Shown here: positions 43,206 to 53,826 of the stretch, piece by piece
How positions within the stretch are numbered: position 1 is the first letter of the stretch
Layout: every line of letters starts with the position of its first letter
Assembly (NCBI GenBank): GCA_965197475.1
Contig: CBDANF010000003.1
Location: 2,496,001 to 2,560,000, forward strand
Length of the DNA: 64,000 nt
Direction of reading: 5' to 3'
Source of the DNA: Candidatus Poribacteria bacterium
GTDB lineage: Bacteria; Poribacteria; WGA-4E; WGA-3G
Translations under genes and position numbers: made by a program
The notes under the pieces: generated by a model
Databases searched by the model: none
Seen by the model: the letters and a program-made list of their open reading frames with translations, nothing else
Told to the model about the DNA's origin: nothing

Positions 43206-43234
43206 TTGACATATATGCATGCACATGTTATATT
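43206..43234 (+). promoter_or_regulatory. Sigma70 promoter with a palindromic operator-like spacer
   Basis: TTGACA-N17-TATATT; the spacer contains imperfect palindrome ACATATATGCATGCACATGT. Confidence 0.7.
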
Positions 43235-43354
43235 AGTAGTAACGGATTTTCGTTACTTCAAAAATTCTGCCCATTTACAACTATAATATTTCTAGCAATT
43301 AGTAGTTTCGGCATAAACGGACGAAATTAAATCGCTATAATAAGGTGATATAAT

Positions 43355-44914
43355 ATGTTCAAAAAAGTTTTCTTAACGAGTATAATTTCAACAATCCTAT
43401 TTCTTAGCGTCACATTCCTAACCACAAACGCCAATGCAGTAGATCATATAATAAAAGCGGTATATTTTGTTCCCAAAAACCGCCCATCCCAAAAACACAT
43501 ACCTCCCAAATTATCAGATCCGATAAAACAAACTCAAGAATTCTATGCAGACCAAATGGAATTTCACGGATACGGTAGAATGACTTTTGAATACGAAAAG
43601 GACGCAAACAATAACCCCGTAATCCATCAAGTTATAGGTAAATTTGACGACGCATATTACCATCACAACACGATCGTTAAAGTAGAAACGGAGATAAAAC
43701 AAAGGTTTCATGATGTAGACGACAATATCTATATCATATCTATTGACGTCAGTAACGGACTAATAGGCGGTTATTGTGGTAAGGCACAATATGAAGGCGG
43801 TCCAGTTTGCATTCCCACAACGGGCAAATGCGTAAGTGAAGATAACGTTGTAAATTTGATAGCTCATGAACTTGGTCATGCCCTAAATCTTAGGCATGAC
43901 TTCCGTGACGTTAAATACATTATGGCCTGGGGCGGCCCGCAATGCACACAATTTTCAGAATGTTCGGCAATGTTATTATCTGTTAGTCCATTCTTAAATA
44001 AGGCCCACAATCATGAAAATGAAAGAGGTCACATTGAGATGCTATCACCTAACATATATACAATAAACTATAGAAAACATAAGCTCAAATTCCAAGTCAG
44101 TGACCCCGATGGAATAAATCAAGTCATATTAGAGTATTCAACACCCGATAGGATGGCAGGAATAGACAGTTGTCAGTCTATTTCGAATAAACTAAGATCA
44201 GAAATAATATTTGATATGCCTGATGATGCGATAAATGCAACAACAGCAAAAATTTGGCTACATGTCGTAGATAGAAACGGATATCTAACTACAAAAGAAT
44301 ATCAACTTATAGGCACAGAAAAGAAAGACTTGCTTTTCACATATCTAACCCTTGAATACGATAATCCCAATGCACTTACCCCTATAAATCCACCCAAAGA
44401 GTGGGGCTGGAATTGGAACTGGAACGGTTGGCAGCATACTTGGGAAAAAGAACCTGACGGTGAGATTCCCCAGATGCCACATCAAGGTTTTCAAAAACCA
44501 GAACACATACGATTTATAGATAAATGGGATCACTGGTTTTACGCACACGCGGAAGGACGATTTATATATGATCTAACACTAACAGAAATAGATCATAAAG
44601 TTTTTGGTGCCGATTTCTATCTGCCGAATCCTTGCGAAAATGTAGCATCAGTAGAAATGATATGCAGTGCAGATAAAGTAGAAATCTACAAATCAGGGGT
44701 AATCAGATGGGCACAAGCACAAAATAAACACATCACATTCGACATTCCTGATAACACAAAAGAATTTATTATAAAAATTACAGATGCCGGTGATGATATA
44801 ACTTGTGACCATTATATTATCGCGAATGCGAAACTCTTAGCCCCCGAACCCAGATCCGTTGAAGCAAAATCAAAATTAGTCTTAACTTGGGCAAACCTTA
44901 AAAAGAGTCAATAG
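43355..44914 (+). CDS. Secreted zincin metallopeptidase with an NPCBM-like C-terminal domain
   Basis: HELGHALNLRH plus Met-turn YIM; ITDAGDDITCDH; terminal SVEAKSKLVLTWANLKK. Confidence 0.75.
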   Translation: MFKKVFLTSIISTILFLSVTFLTTNANAVDHIIKAVYFVPKNRPSQKHIPPKLSDPIKQTQEFYADQMEFHGYGRMTFEYEKDANNNPVIHQVIGKFDDAYYHHNTIVKVETEIKQRFHDVDDNIYIISIDVSNGLIGGYCGKAQYEGGPVCIPTTGKCVSEDNVVNLIAHELGHALNLRHDFRDVKYIMAWGGPQCTQFSECSAMLLSVSPFLNKAHNHENERGHIEMLSPNIYTINYRKHKLKFQVSDPDGINQVILEYSTPDRMAGIDSCQSISNKLRSEIIFDMPDDAINATTAKIWLHVVDRNGYLTTKEYQLIGTEKKDLLFTYLTLEYDNPNALTPINPPKEWGWNWNWNGWQHTWEKEPDGEIPQMPHQGFQKPEHIRFIDKWDHWFYAHAEGRFIYDLTLTEIDHKVFGADFYLPNPCENVASVEMICSADKVEIYKSGVIRWAQAQNKHITFDIPDNTKEFIIKITDAGDDITCDHYIIANAKLLAPEPRSVEAKSKLVLTWANLKKSQ

Positions 44915-45057
44915 TTTTATTAGAGAATAAGCAGGCACGTAGTCGAAAGTATAATACTTGCAAAGACAAATTAAACTACAAAATATCCAAAACTACTAAT
45001 TGCGATAAATTTTACATTAACGATACACCTACGGAAAGTGTTATATTTCACTATACT

Positions 45058-47277
45058 TTGTCAATTATGTTCCAAATAATCAAATACATTACTCTTATTG
45101 TACTCCTATCAATTGTTATCCCTTTAAGTTTTCTGTCAGGTTGTAATTCCCAAGATAAACCTCAGAATTCGCCATCCCCAAAAACCGATTCTCCTGAAGT
45201 CATTACGCCTCCCATCATCCCGCTTCGTGCTGAAGATTGGCACATGTTTATGCATGACTTGCAATTTTCTGGAAAGAGCCCGGATCAGAAAATTAAGCCA
45301 CCGCTTCAGTTGCTGTGGCAATTTAAAACTGGTGGTCCTATACAAGCTTCGCCAGTAATTGTAAACGGAATTCTTTACATCGGTTCCACAGACGGTAACC
45401 TTTACGCTTTAAATGCCAAAGAATGGGGAATCAAATGGGTTTTCAATGCTGGCAGTGCTATCCGTTTTTCGGTTGCCGTATGGGGTGGACGCGTCTATTT
45501 CAGCACACGTGATAACAAATTCTACGCGCTTGATGCAAAAACAGGTGAAAAACTTTGGGAATTCAAATCGAAAGGGTGGATGGACGCACCTCCGGTTGTG
45601 TTTGATGGGGTAGTTTATACTGGTGCGTTTCCAACGCGAATATACCTGCTGGATGCCATCACTGGAAAACTCAAATCAGAACGTAACCGTGCCGTGATAA
45701 TTAACGGGATTGAATACGGGTGTGCAAATGCAGTGCTCCGACCCGTTCTTCCACAGCATAACACGAATTTATGGCGTGGCTATACGGAAGGAAGTGATAG
45801 TTTTCCTGTCATTGCGAACGGTTTTGTTTATGTCGGGGCGCGAAACGGAAAGATTCATGCAATCAATATAGGTTCTAAGACAGAGACGTGGTCACATCAG
45901 GTCGGTGGTCCTGTTGATGCAGCACCTGCGATTTCCGATGGTATTCTCTATGCAGCATCAACTGATGGTTCTGTCTATGCCTTTGCTAATGCGACAGATA
46001 GCACACCCTCTGCAGCAGATACCCGAAAACATGGTGTTGTTACGCGTGATAACGCACCGGTATATACCGAAAAAGACGACACTTCACCGTTATACCATCT
46101 CAATGATGGCACAAGTTTGCCGATTCTCAAAACCACAGCGGATTCGTATCAGGTTGAACTACCGAACAAAGAAATAGTCTGGTTAGATAAATTGGCTTTT
46201 GGACAATTTAAAGAAACAAATGGAGTTATGTTCAACACTGACTTTTGTGGAACCCCTCGGATGATACATTTGATCGAAGGTGCGGAATACCCGTATTGGA
46301 GCCCAGATGGCGAACATATTGCCATGCTAAAGAGAACGGATTTAAGTGGAAGTTATTGGGAGGCAAGCGAACTCTGGATTATGGACAAAACAGGGAAACG
46401 AGCAAAAAAACTCTATGAAGGTCAATTTTACAATCCACATGTATCGTGGTCGCTGGATAACCGTCTATTGGCATTTGAGGTCGAAGTAGAGGGAAATCGT
46501 TATATCTATACCGTCGATTGGGAATTGGGACATATCAAAAAACTGGTGCAGGGTGCAGGTCCAGCATGGTCCCCTACCGCCAATCAACTGGCATTTAGAA
46601 GACGTGAAAAGGGGTATGATATTGTTTATCGGATTAACAGCGATGGTAGCGGCGGTAGAGCAGTTGCGCGAGCTCTATTTAAACGACCTCGATACGCTTA
46701 TACCTATCTGCACGCGCCTTCTTGGTCACCAGATGGGAATAGACTCGCTTTTGAGGTCGTCCAGGAGCAAAAAGTTGGCAACGGCACAGTGCCTTACGCA
46801 GCAATCCGTATCCAAAGTATAGAAGGGGAACGTTTGAAACAGATTCCAACCCAGCATCAACATGTCCGCCAACTCCAGTGGTCGGCCGGTGGAACACGAC
46901 TTGCCTACGTGCTTTCTGGGAGCAATCGCTCCGATCCAGTTCTCGATAAGCGGCTCCATATTGCCGGAATTACTGACGAATCGGCGAAACATTGGATTCT
47001 CAAACACACTACACCTGCATGGTCACCAATAGGTAATCAGTTAGCATTTTTTGAACGTGAAGATTGTGTGGGGCTCCGCTGGAAAATTTGGGTATATAAC
47101 TTGGATAGCGGTAAGAAATATCCGATTGCCCGGACATCTATGAAACTTGCCTCTATCGTCTGGATGCCTGATGGGAAAAGCCTCTGCTTATGGCACACAT
47201 CTGATTATCTGCGAAATAATGTCTATAAGCCCGCAAATACAAAGGGTTGGATTATACCCATTAATCTGTCTCCGTAG
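45058..47277 (+). CDS. Lipoprotein with a PQQ-like beta-propeller, an SH3-like domain and a TolB-like propeller
   Basis: LSGC lipobox; ASPVIVNGILYIGSTDGNLYAL repeats; PxWSPDG repeats. Confidence 0.85.
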   Translation: MSIMFQIIKYITLIVLLSIVIPLSFLSGCNSQDKPQNSPSPKTDSPEVITPPIIPLRAEDWHMFMHDLQFSGKSPDQKIKPPLQLLWQFKTGGPIQASPVIVNGILYIGSTDGNLYALNAKEWGIKWVFNAGSAIRFSVAVWGGRVYFSTRDNKFYALDAKTGEKLWEFKSKGWMDAPPVVFDGVVYTGAFPTRIYLLDAITGKLKSERNRAVIINGIEYGCANAVLRPVLPQHNTNLWRGYTEGSDSFPVIANGFVYVGARNGKIHAINIGSKTETWSHQVGGPVDAAPAISDGILYAASTDGSVYAFANATDSTPSAADTRKHGVVTRDNAPVYTEKDDTSPLYHLNDGTSLPILKTTADSYQVELPNKEIVWLDKLAFGQFKETNGVMFNTDFCGTPRMIHLIEGAEYPYWSPDGEHIAMLKRTDLSGSYWEASELWIMDKTGKRAKKLYEGQFYNPHVSWSLDNRLLAFEVEVEGNRYIYTVDWELGHIKKLVQGAGPAWSPTANQLAFRRREKGYDIVYRINSDGSGGRAVARALFKRPRYAYTYLHAPSWSPDGNRLAFEVVQEQKVGNGTVPYAAIRIQSIEGERLKQIPTQHQHVRQLQWSAGGTRLAYVLSGSNRSDPVLDKRLHIAGITDESAKHWILKHTTPAWSPIGNQLAFFEREDCVGLRWKIWVYNLDSGKKYPIARTSMKLASIVWMPDGKSLCLWHTSDYLRNNVYKPANTKGWIIPINLSP

Positions 47278-47311
47278 CAGGACTATTCTGTTTGGCGGTT
47301 ACATTGAAATA

Positions 47312-48493
47312 TTAGAAGGCAGCCTCAAGTAAATGCAACATATCCTGCTCTGTGCACTGCCTCGGATTGAGTTTATAACAGTGGTCAAGCATCGCATCGG
47401 CGGCAAGTTTTGGGATCTTTTCTCTGTCTAATCCAGCTTCTCCGAGTCCTGTAGGCATATTAAGTTCCTCGTTCAATTCCCGAATCTCATCAATTGCCGC
47501 GCACGCTGCCTCTCCTTTAGACATACCTTCTACATTAACGCCTAAAGCATCAGCAACATCAGCGTACTTCTCAATCACGTAGGGCAGGTTAAATTCCATC
47601 ACGGGGGGTAAGAGGATTGCGTTTGCCACACCGTGCGGGATGGGTGCGTCAGTTGACAACTGATGTGCAATGGAGTGAACCGCCCCAAGACCTTTCTGAA
47701 ATGAAAACGCTGCCATACAAGACGCTAATAACATCTCTCCCCTCGCGACAATATCATCCCCTTGATGATATGCAGTTCTGATATTTGCGCCCAACATCTT
47801 CAGTGCTTTCAATGCCACACCCTCGGCAATCGGGTGATATTTTGTTGCCACATACGCCTCAATCCCGTGCGTAATAGCATCCATGCCGGTCGTCGCGGTC
47901 AATGCCGATGGCATCTTCACAGTTAACGCTGGATCAAGAAGCGCGAGGTTAGACATATTGAAACGGGTAATAATAGCGCGCTTTCGCCACCGATCAGTTG
48001 TCCGTAACGAGGTGTCTGTAATTATCGCTCCCTGAGATACTTCACTACCTGTCCCAGCTGTTGTTGGCACACATATCAACGGTGGCATACCGTCGCGAAT
48101 CTTATCTGCCCCATCAGAGTCTACATAGTACGGTTCCAATGGTGGAGCATGTGTTGTCAAGAGGCGGATAGCTTTAGCGGCATCCATCACACTCCCACCG
48201 CCAACAGCGATGACGACATCGCATTTTTCTTTCTGGTAGACCTCCACCCCTTGCGATATACTAACATCTGTGGGATTCGGTTCAATATCTACATAGATAG
48301 CATAGGATAAATTGGCATCTTCCAACGGCGCGACCGCTTGGCTCAATATCCCCACTTTTTGGATACCCGCATCGCTAACGATAAGCGGTTTTTTGTCACC
48401 GAAAACCTTGACATGATCTGCCAAGTTTGCGATAGCATCCTCCCCAAATTCAATACGTGGCGGTGAAAAATAGTTAAGAATTTCCTTGTTCAC
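47312..48493 (-). CDS. Iron-containing alcohol dehydrogenase
   Basis: GGGSVMD, PTTAGTGSE, DAITHGIE, HSIAH and HGVANA motifs. Confidence 0.95.
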   Translation of the reverse strand: MNKEILNYFSPPRIEFGEDAIANLADHVKVFGDKKPLIVSDAGIQKVGILSQAVAPLEDANLSYAIYVDIEPNPTDVSISQGVEVYQKEKCDVVIAVGGGSVMDAAKAIRLLTTHAPPLEPYYVDSDGADKIRDGMPPLICVPTTAGTGSEVSQGAIITDTSLRTTDRWRKRAIITRFNMSNLALLDPALTVKMPSALTATTGMDAITHGIEAYVATKYHPIAEGVALKALKMLGANIRTAYHQGDDIVARGEMLLASCMAAFSFQKGLGAVHSIAHQLSTDAPIPHGVANAILLPPVMEFNLPYVIEKYADVADALGVNVEGMSKGEAACAAIDEIRELNEELNMPTGLGEAGLDREKIPKLAADAMLDHCYKLNPRQCTEQDMLHLLEAAF

Positions 48494-48548
48494 ACTTGAT
48501 TCCTTTGTCTTAGTTAATTACCTGATATGTGTACATAATTATTTGTAT

Positions 48549-48640
48549 AATACCAGATTAACGAGATTTATCTTATTTTTCTGGTCGGACAGCGCGCTTA
48601 CAAAGCGCGCCTACAAGTTGAATCAAGTTAATTTGGTATA
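48549..48640. mobile_element. About 90-bp MITE, inverted homolog of 25880-25971
   Basis: ATACCAGATTAAC...GTTAATTTGGTAT ends; shared core TCTTATTTTTCTGG..GACAGCGCGC..CAAAGCGCGCCTAC. Confidence 0.7.
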
Positions 48641-48845
48641 ATACATAGATTTTGACACACTTCGGAACATCTTCACCTGGATTTACTGGGTTTGTAATCG
48701 CGCAATTCATTGCCCTCTTTGACTTGTGTGCCGCACGCAGAACGTGCCTACTACCTTCAAACACTTTAATATCAGTTATTTATGCACACCCTCAAATATA
48801 TCATACCTTATAATAAATTTCAAGACGTTTGCACAGACATAAATC

Positions 48846-51371
48846 TTGATAATTTTTATAGCACCCAATATAATGAATAGCATATTCCCGCAAAATTCTA
48901 CACAAACTGAAATGACATTTAAACCGCGCCCAGCCCTCTACTTCCTCATCCCTTTCCTACTCGGTATCTTAACAGGTGAATGGACATCAATTCCGATCCT
49001 GTGGCTATGGATATTTGTGTTAATATGCTTTATCAGTAGCATCCTGACAAGAACTCGATCAAGATATTTGTGTTATCTGTTGCTTCATATTGCAGTCTTT
49101 GCAGGCGGAATGCTGAGATTGGGAATCGCTACCGTCCCGATAATTCCGCACCATTTTTATGACCAACCGGTTAGCTTTACAGGCGAAACTGTGTATCAGC
49201 CGGAACGCGGCGAAACTTGGGAAGCAAGCTATGCTGCCGGGCAGATTCAACTTTTATCTGATCCAGCACAGACAGTGTCAGCAAAATTCTTGATAAGATT
49301 TCAGGAATTGATACCACTACGTTACGGTAAACACCTAACGCTGACGGGTGTGCTGCGTCAACCTCAAACACAGAGAAATCCTGGAGGCTTTGACTATCGA
49401 TCCTATCTCGCTAGGCAAAATGTTTCTGGGATAATTTATCACCAAGGACTGCTTCATATAGGCGAACAATCCGGATTTCCACCGCTGCGTTGGATAGAAG
49501 CACTTCGCCTTCGGACTGAACGAATTATTGATGCTGCCTATTCGGGGTTGGAAACCCTTCCTACAAAGAGTAACGCGTTGCATGCGCAATTGCTAAAAGG
49601 AATCCTGCTTGGAAAACGAGGAGATGTGCCATCAGAGACTTTGGATGTCTTTCGCAACAGTGGCACTTTTCATGTGCTGGCGGTGTCGGGTTTGCATGTT
49701 GGACTCATTGCACTGTTTTGTTACCTCGGCTTGTCAATATTTCGGATGCCCAAAAAGGTGGTTTGTCTATTGACGATTGGGGCAGTTTTTATTTACGCGT
49801 GTTTAGTCGGTTTCCGTCCATCTGTCTTTCGTGCCTCACTCATGGCGATCCTATTTCTATTCGCAACAATCATCGATCGTGATGCAGATATTTTCAACTT
49901 GCTTGCGGTTGCTGCGTTGGCATTACTCTTTTTAAGTCCTACTCAGGTGTGGGATGTCGGTTTTCAACTCTCATTTGTTGCTGTGGCTTCCATCGTCTAT
50001 TTTGTTCCGAAAATGGAGAAACCTTTACGGAGGCTATGGGATACCGGTGAATCAGATGATATAAGTATACCAGTCAAATTTAAGAACACTGCACTAAAAT
50101 GGTTGGTGTTATCCTACCTCGTGACATTCGCTGCACAACTCGGCACCGGACTGCTTATCGCTTTTCACTTTCATCGGGCATACCCGCTTGGCATAATTGT
50201 AGGACCGTTTGCGGTTGGGCTTGTATCGTTAATCGTTGGTGTGGGAATAGCATCGGTTTGTATTGGGTTTGTCTTACTTCCACTCGCTAAACTGCTGGCA
50301 CTGGTTAATCATGCCTTGATCTTCATGCTTCTAAAACTCATCGGAAATTTCGGACAGGAATGGGGTGTCATGAAGTTAGCACCGCCAACGTTAGGTCTCG
50401 TCGTTGTCTACATAGCGGTATGTTTAGGTATTACCTATTGGCGATACGTATATAAGCAGTGGAAAATGGCAAGCCTCATCGGACTATCGGTGGTGACGAT
50501 CTGGGTGTGGGACAGTGCGTTTCATGAAAAAGGTCGCCTACTGGAAATCATTACGCTTGATGTTGGACAAGGGGACGCAGCTCTCGTCAGATTTCCTGAT
50601 AGGCGAACGATGTTGATTGACGGCGGCATCCAACGCTCATATTACGATGAAAAGCGGCAGAGAGAGGTTGAATATGACGTAGGTGAACGAATTATTGAAC
50701 CTTATCTTGATGCTAATAGCATTCGGGAACTTGATTTGGTGGTACTCACGCATCCGGACATTGACCATGGAGGCGGGCTCGGGCATATCTTACAGAACTA
50801 TAAGGTGAAGCGGATACTCGGACTATCGGATATGGTAATTAATTCCCAAACCCATCAACGATTACGCAGTATTGCCAAAGCGCGAGACATCCCTTATGCT
50901 TTCCAGTTCGTAGGTGAAATTGAATTGACCACAACTGCAACGCTTAACCTACTACATCCGATTGATAAAGCGTCCACTGATCTTATGGACGATGATAAGA
51001 ATGACGATTCGCTTGTCATGAAGGTTAGTTACGGTGAGGTAGATATCTTATTCACTGGCGATATTGAATCTAAAGCTGAAAATCGGTTAATTGCATCTCA
51101 GCAGGATTTAAGGTCGGAGATTATAAAGGTGCCGCATCACGGAAGCCGAACCTCAAGCAGCGCGCAGTTTTTAGATGCTGTGCAGCCGCGTTATGCTATC
51201 TTTTCTCTCGGCAAAGGGAATCGGTATCAATTCCCGCATGCGGATGTGGTGGCACGGTATCGGGAACGTAATTGTGTACAGCTACGAACGGATCAACGCG
51301 GTGCGATTACGCTAAAAACCGATGGTACGCGGTGTTGGTTTGAGTATAACGTTATCCCTGATGGAATTTAG
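48846..51371 (+). CDS. comEC: DNA uptake channel ComEC/Rec2
   Basis: RNPGGFDY, HVLAVSGLHVG, GFQLSF, DVGQGD, THPDIDH and KVPHHGS motifs; exact start uncertain. Confidence 0.96.
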   Translation: MIIFIAPNIMNSIFPQNSTQTEMTFKPRPALYFLIPFLLGILTGEWTSIPILWLWIFVLICFISSILTRTRSRYLCYLLLHIAVFAGGMLRLGIATVPIIPHHFYDQPVSFTGETVYQPERGETWEASYAAGQIQLLSDPAQTVSAKFLIRFQELIPLRYGKHLTLTGVLRQPQTQRNPGGFDYRSYLARQNVSGIIYHQGLLHIGEQSGFPPLRWIEALRLRTERIIDAAYSGLETLPTKSNALHAQLLKGILLGKRGDVPSETLDVFRNSGTFHVLAVSGLHVGLIALFCYLGLSIFRMPKKVVCLLTIGAVFIYACLVGFRPSVFRASLMAILFLFATIIDRDADIFNLLAVAALALLFLSPTQVWDVGFQLSFVAVASIVYFVPKMEKPLRRLWDTGESDDISIPVKFKNTALKWLVLSYLVTFAAQLGTGLLIAFHFHRAYPLGIIVGPFAVGLVSLIVGVGIASVCIGFVLLPLAKLLALVNHALIFMLLKLIGNFGQEWGVMKLAPPTLGLVVVYIAVCLGITYWRYVYKQWKMASLIGLSVVTIWVWDSAFHEKGRLLEIITLDVGQGDAALVRFPDRRTMLIDGGIQRSYYDEKRQREVEYDVGERIIEPYLDANSIRELDLVVLTHPDIDHGGGLGHILQNYKVKRILGLSDMVINSQTHQRLRSIAKARDIPYAFQFVGEIELTTTATLNLLHPIDKASTDLMDDDKNDDSLVMKVSYGEVDILFTGDIESKAENRLIASQQDLRSEIIKVPHHGSRTSSSAQFLDAVQPRYAIFSLGKGNRYQFPHADVVARYRERNCVQLRTDQRGAITLKTDGTRCWFEYNVIPDGI

Positions 51372-51478
51372 TGTAATTTCAGGGGTGTTTTGTTTCGCTT
51401 TTTTTCGCTAAATCAACGCCGAATGCGTTTGTAGGACTTTCGGAGGGTTTGATGTCCTTCCATGCCGCAATAAGTATA

Positions 51479-52473
51479 GAACTCATAGCGAGTAAGAGCT
51501 AAGCATCGTTGAAAGTTCTCCGAAAGTTTATCATTGAATATGCTAAATTACGAAAACCTAAACGGGTTTCTTTCAGTTTATCATAACTAAGGGCAAGTTT
51601 CCGATAAGTCCCTTGCCAACCAAAGGTTCGCTCCACTTTATATCGGTCTTTGTCCATTTTCTTGTTAAACCACCGGAACGGACGGGCGATTACAATAGGT
51701 TCTTTGGCATTCCGCCGGTTCGGATATATCACTGGGAGCAGCCCGTGTTGTTTGATAATCTTATGATTCTTTTTGGAATCAAAGCCGGAATCCAGTGTTA
51801 GAGCGGAAGCACTAAGATCCATTCCAATACGATTAGCAAAGGCGATAAGATCGGTGAATGTTTCGGGCAAAATCTTTGTCCCATGTTGGTTGACAGGTTT
51901 GATGGTTATCGGGCTGATGATGAACCCTTGATTGTCAGTGATGATCAACTCTTTTTCACCTTTTTGATGTTTGTGGCCTGAATAACCGATGTTGTCACCC
52001 CTTTTTTCACGGCGGTATTTGACCCATCTCCATGAAGTTGAGAGGTGTCAAGTTGGTCGGTGTCAAGCACGTGTATCACTGATGCCTCAAAAAGTTTCTG
52101 ATACGAGCCATCTTTTGACCACCGATTATGCCATTTATAGATATTAGACCAATGGGGTTCAGGCACCGGGTTCGGAGTTGATCCCATTGAATACCCGTAT
52201 GTAAAACATAGAGGATATAGTTGAATATCTTGTCCAAGGAGAGTTTCGGTTTCGGGCCTTTGACTCGTTTCGCTAAATGTGGTAAGATATAACGATTGAA
52301 ATCTTTACGGGAAACCTGTTTGGGAATACATTTGTATTTTGGGCTTTTGAGTCTTGTCTGTCATAATAACATCTTTCATAATGTGAATGGATATATGAGG
52401 TAGAAAGGGACGTAAAGATCCCCTTTTCTTTCCCTATTTTACCACATCTTTATGTTTTACTCAATATGACTTC
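51479..52473 (-). mobile_element. Degraded IS5-family insertion sequence (~995 bp)
   Basis: TIRs GAACTCATAGCGAGTAA / TTACTCAATATGACTTC; transposase fragments (ILYVLHTGIQW, WHNRWSKDG, DGS, LDSGFDS, RYKVERTFGW); A6G slippery site ~52001-52007 plus extra frameshifts. Confidence 0.88.
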
Positions 52474-52759
52474 GTCCAAAAAATGCATTTTGAAAACCGA
52501 ACGTGGTTTCAACTACATAGTGTGCAAAATCGTGCTGCACAAATCCACGTTGAATATGTGTCCACGTTACACTCCCATCGTCCCGAATGCAGGTGAGTGT
52601 ATCAGGCTTATGTTTATGTTGGTTTTTGCCTTTTTTAAAACGGATGAGCACGTGTTGTAAGTCTTTCCAATCAAAGTTTACGCCGATTCCATCATAACAC
52701 ACCCATTTAAAGAGCATGCTTACAAAATACCCCAATGTTGGGTTATCTGGTTGTTCCAA
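52474..52759 (-). pseudogene. Hypothetical protein, 3'-truncated by the IS
   Basis: ...VQHDFAHYVVETTFGFQNAFFG runs straight into the IS terminal repeat. Confidence 0.55.
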
Positions 52760-52762
52760 AGG

Positions 52763-53029
52763 TTAGGTTGCCGATTTCGATGCTGCCGCAATACGTTCCA
52801 CGATCCATTCTTGAATCAAATGTCTAGGTGAAATATCGCGTGCCTCAGCTAGTTCTAAGACAACCTCTATTTCTTCTTCAGTTAGCCACACAGAAGCTTT
52901 GTAACCATCTTCTGTCTCCACAAGTGCGCCATCATATTCAGCAGCTTCTTGTGCGGCTAAGAATTCATATTCGTCATAGACATCAAGGTATTCTTCATCT
53001 CCGGTGAGTAGATAGTCTTCACGGTTCAT
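52763..53029 (-). CDS. Small acidic protein with a C-terminal ribbon-helix-helix/CopG-like region (antitoxin-like)
   Basis: GGAGG RBS before ATG 53029; VLELAEARDISPRHLIQEWIVERI. Confidence 0.55.
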   Translation of the reverse strand: MNREDYLLTGDEEYLDVYDEYEFLAAQEAAEYDGALVETEDGYKASVWLTEEEIEVVLELAEARDISPRHLIQEWIVERIAAASKSAT

Positions 53030-53084
53030 TGGTTCCTCCAACCTATCGTGTTGTTTTCTGACATGTAACACCCAATTAATAAGT

Positions 53085-53699
53085 TTATACGTTCTGTTCT
53101 TCAATTTGATGCAATGCTTCACTGATGTATCGGCGGACCCATTCACTTTCAGTCGTTTCTGCTAATGCATTGAGTGCGGAAATGGCTTGCGGGTTGCCGA
53201 TTCTCCCTAATGCCACGACAACGGCTGAGCAGACGGATCTATCGGCATCCGTGACACTGCTTATCAATGCATCTATTACTTGTACGGGAGGGTTTGCCCC
53301 TCTCTCTTCGGTCAGTCCCAATTCACCAAGTGCCACAACAGCAGCACAACGCATATCAGGTTCTTCGTCTTGTAGGAACAGAATGAGTCCATCAATGGCA
53401 CGCGCATCACGGAGGTGTCCGAGGGAGGAGATGGCAAAGCGGCGGACAGCAGTGTTATCATCAGATAACGCGTCAATGAGCGGGGAAACAGCATGCACAT
53501 CGCCGACATTACCTAAACCTTCCGCAGCGTATGCACGCATTTCAGCGGATTCTGATCGCAATTTTCGGAGTAAAACCCGAGTCGGGAAAAATCGCCAATT
53601 CCGTAAAGGACCGTCTTTACACGAAAGCAGAATTATCAGTCTACGAATCTTTTCTTGCAAGGATAGATCCGAAACAGAGTTTGAGGACTCGCGTGCCAC
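53085..53699 (-). CDS. HEAT/PBS-lyase repeat protein
   Basis: Repeated VRxxAxxALGxIG...AxxxLxxxL units. Confidence 0.88.
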   Translation of the reverse strand: MARESSNSVSDLSLQEKIRRLIILLSCKDGPLRNWRFFPTRVLLRKLRSESAEMRAYAAEGLGNVGDVHAVSPLIDALSDDNTAVRRFAISSLGHLRDARAIDGLILFLQDEEPDMRCAAVVALGELGLTEERGANPPVQVIDALISSVTDADRSVCSAVVVALGRIGNPQAISALNALAETTESEWVRRYISEALHQIEEQNV

Positions 53700-53826
53700 T
53701 GTGACACCTCGTTAGCCGGTAAATTGCCGTTATTATAGCATGTATTCTATCCAGTAGCAATTTGTTTTAAATTAAAACCTGTGAACGGATTTGGGTTTCG
53801 CTTACAGAAAAGTTATTTAACCGATT

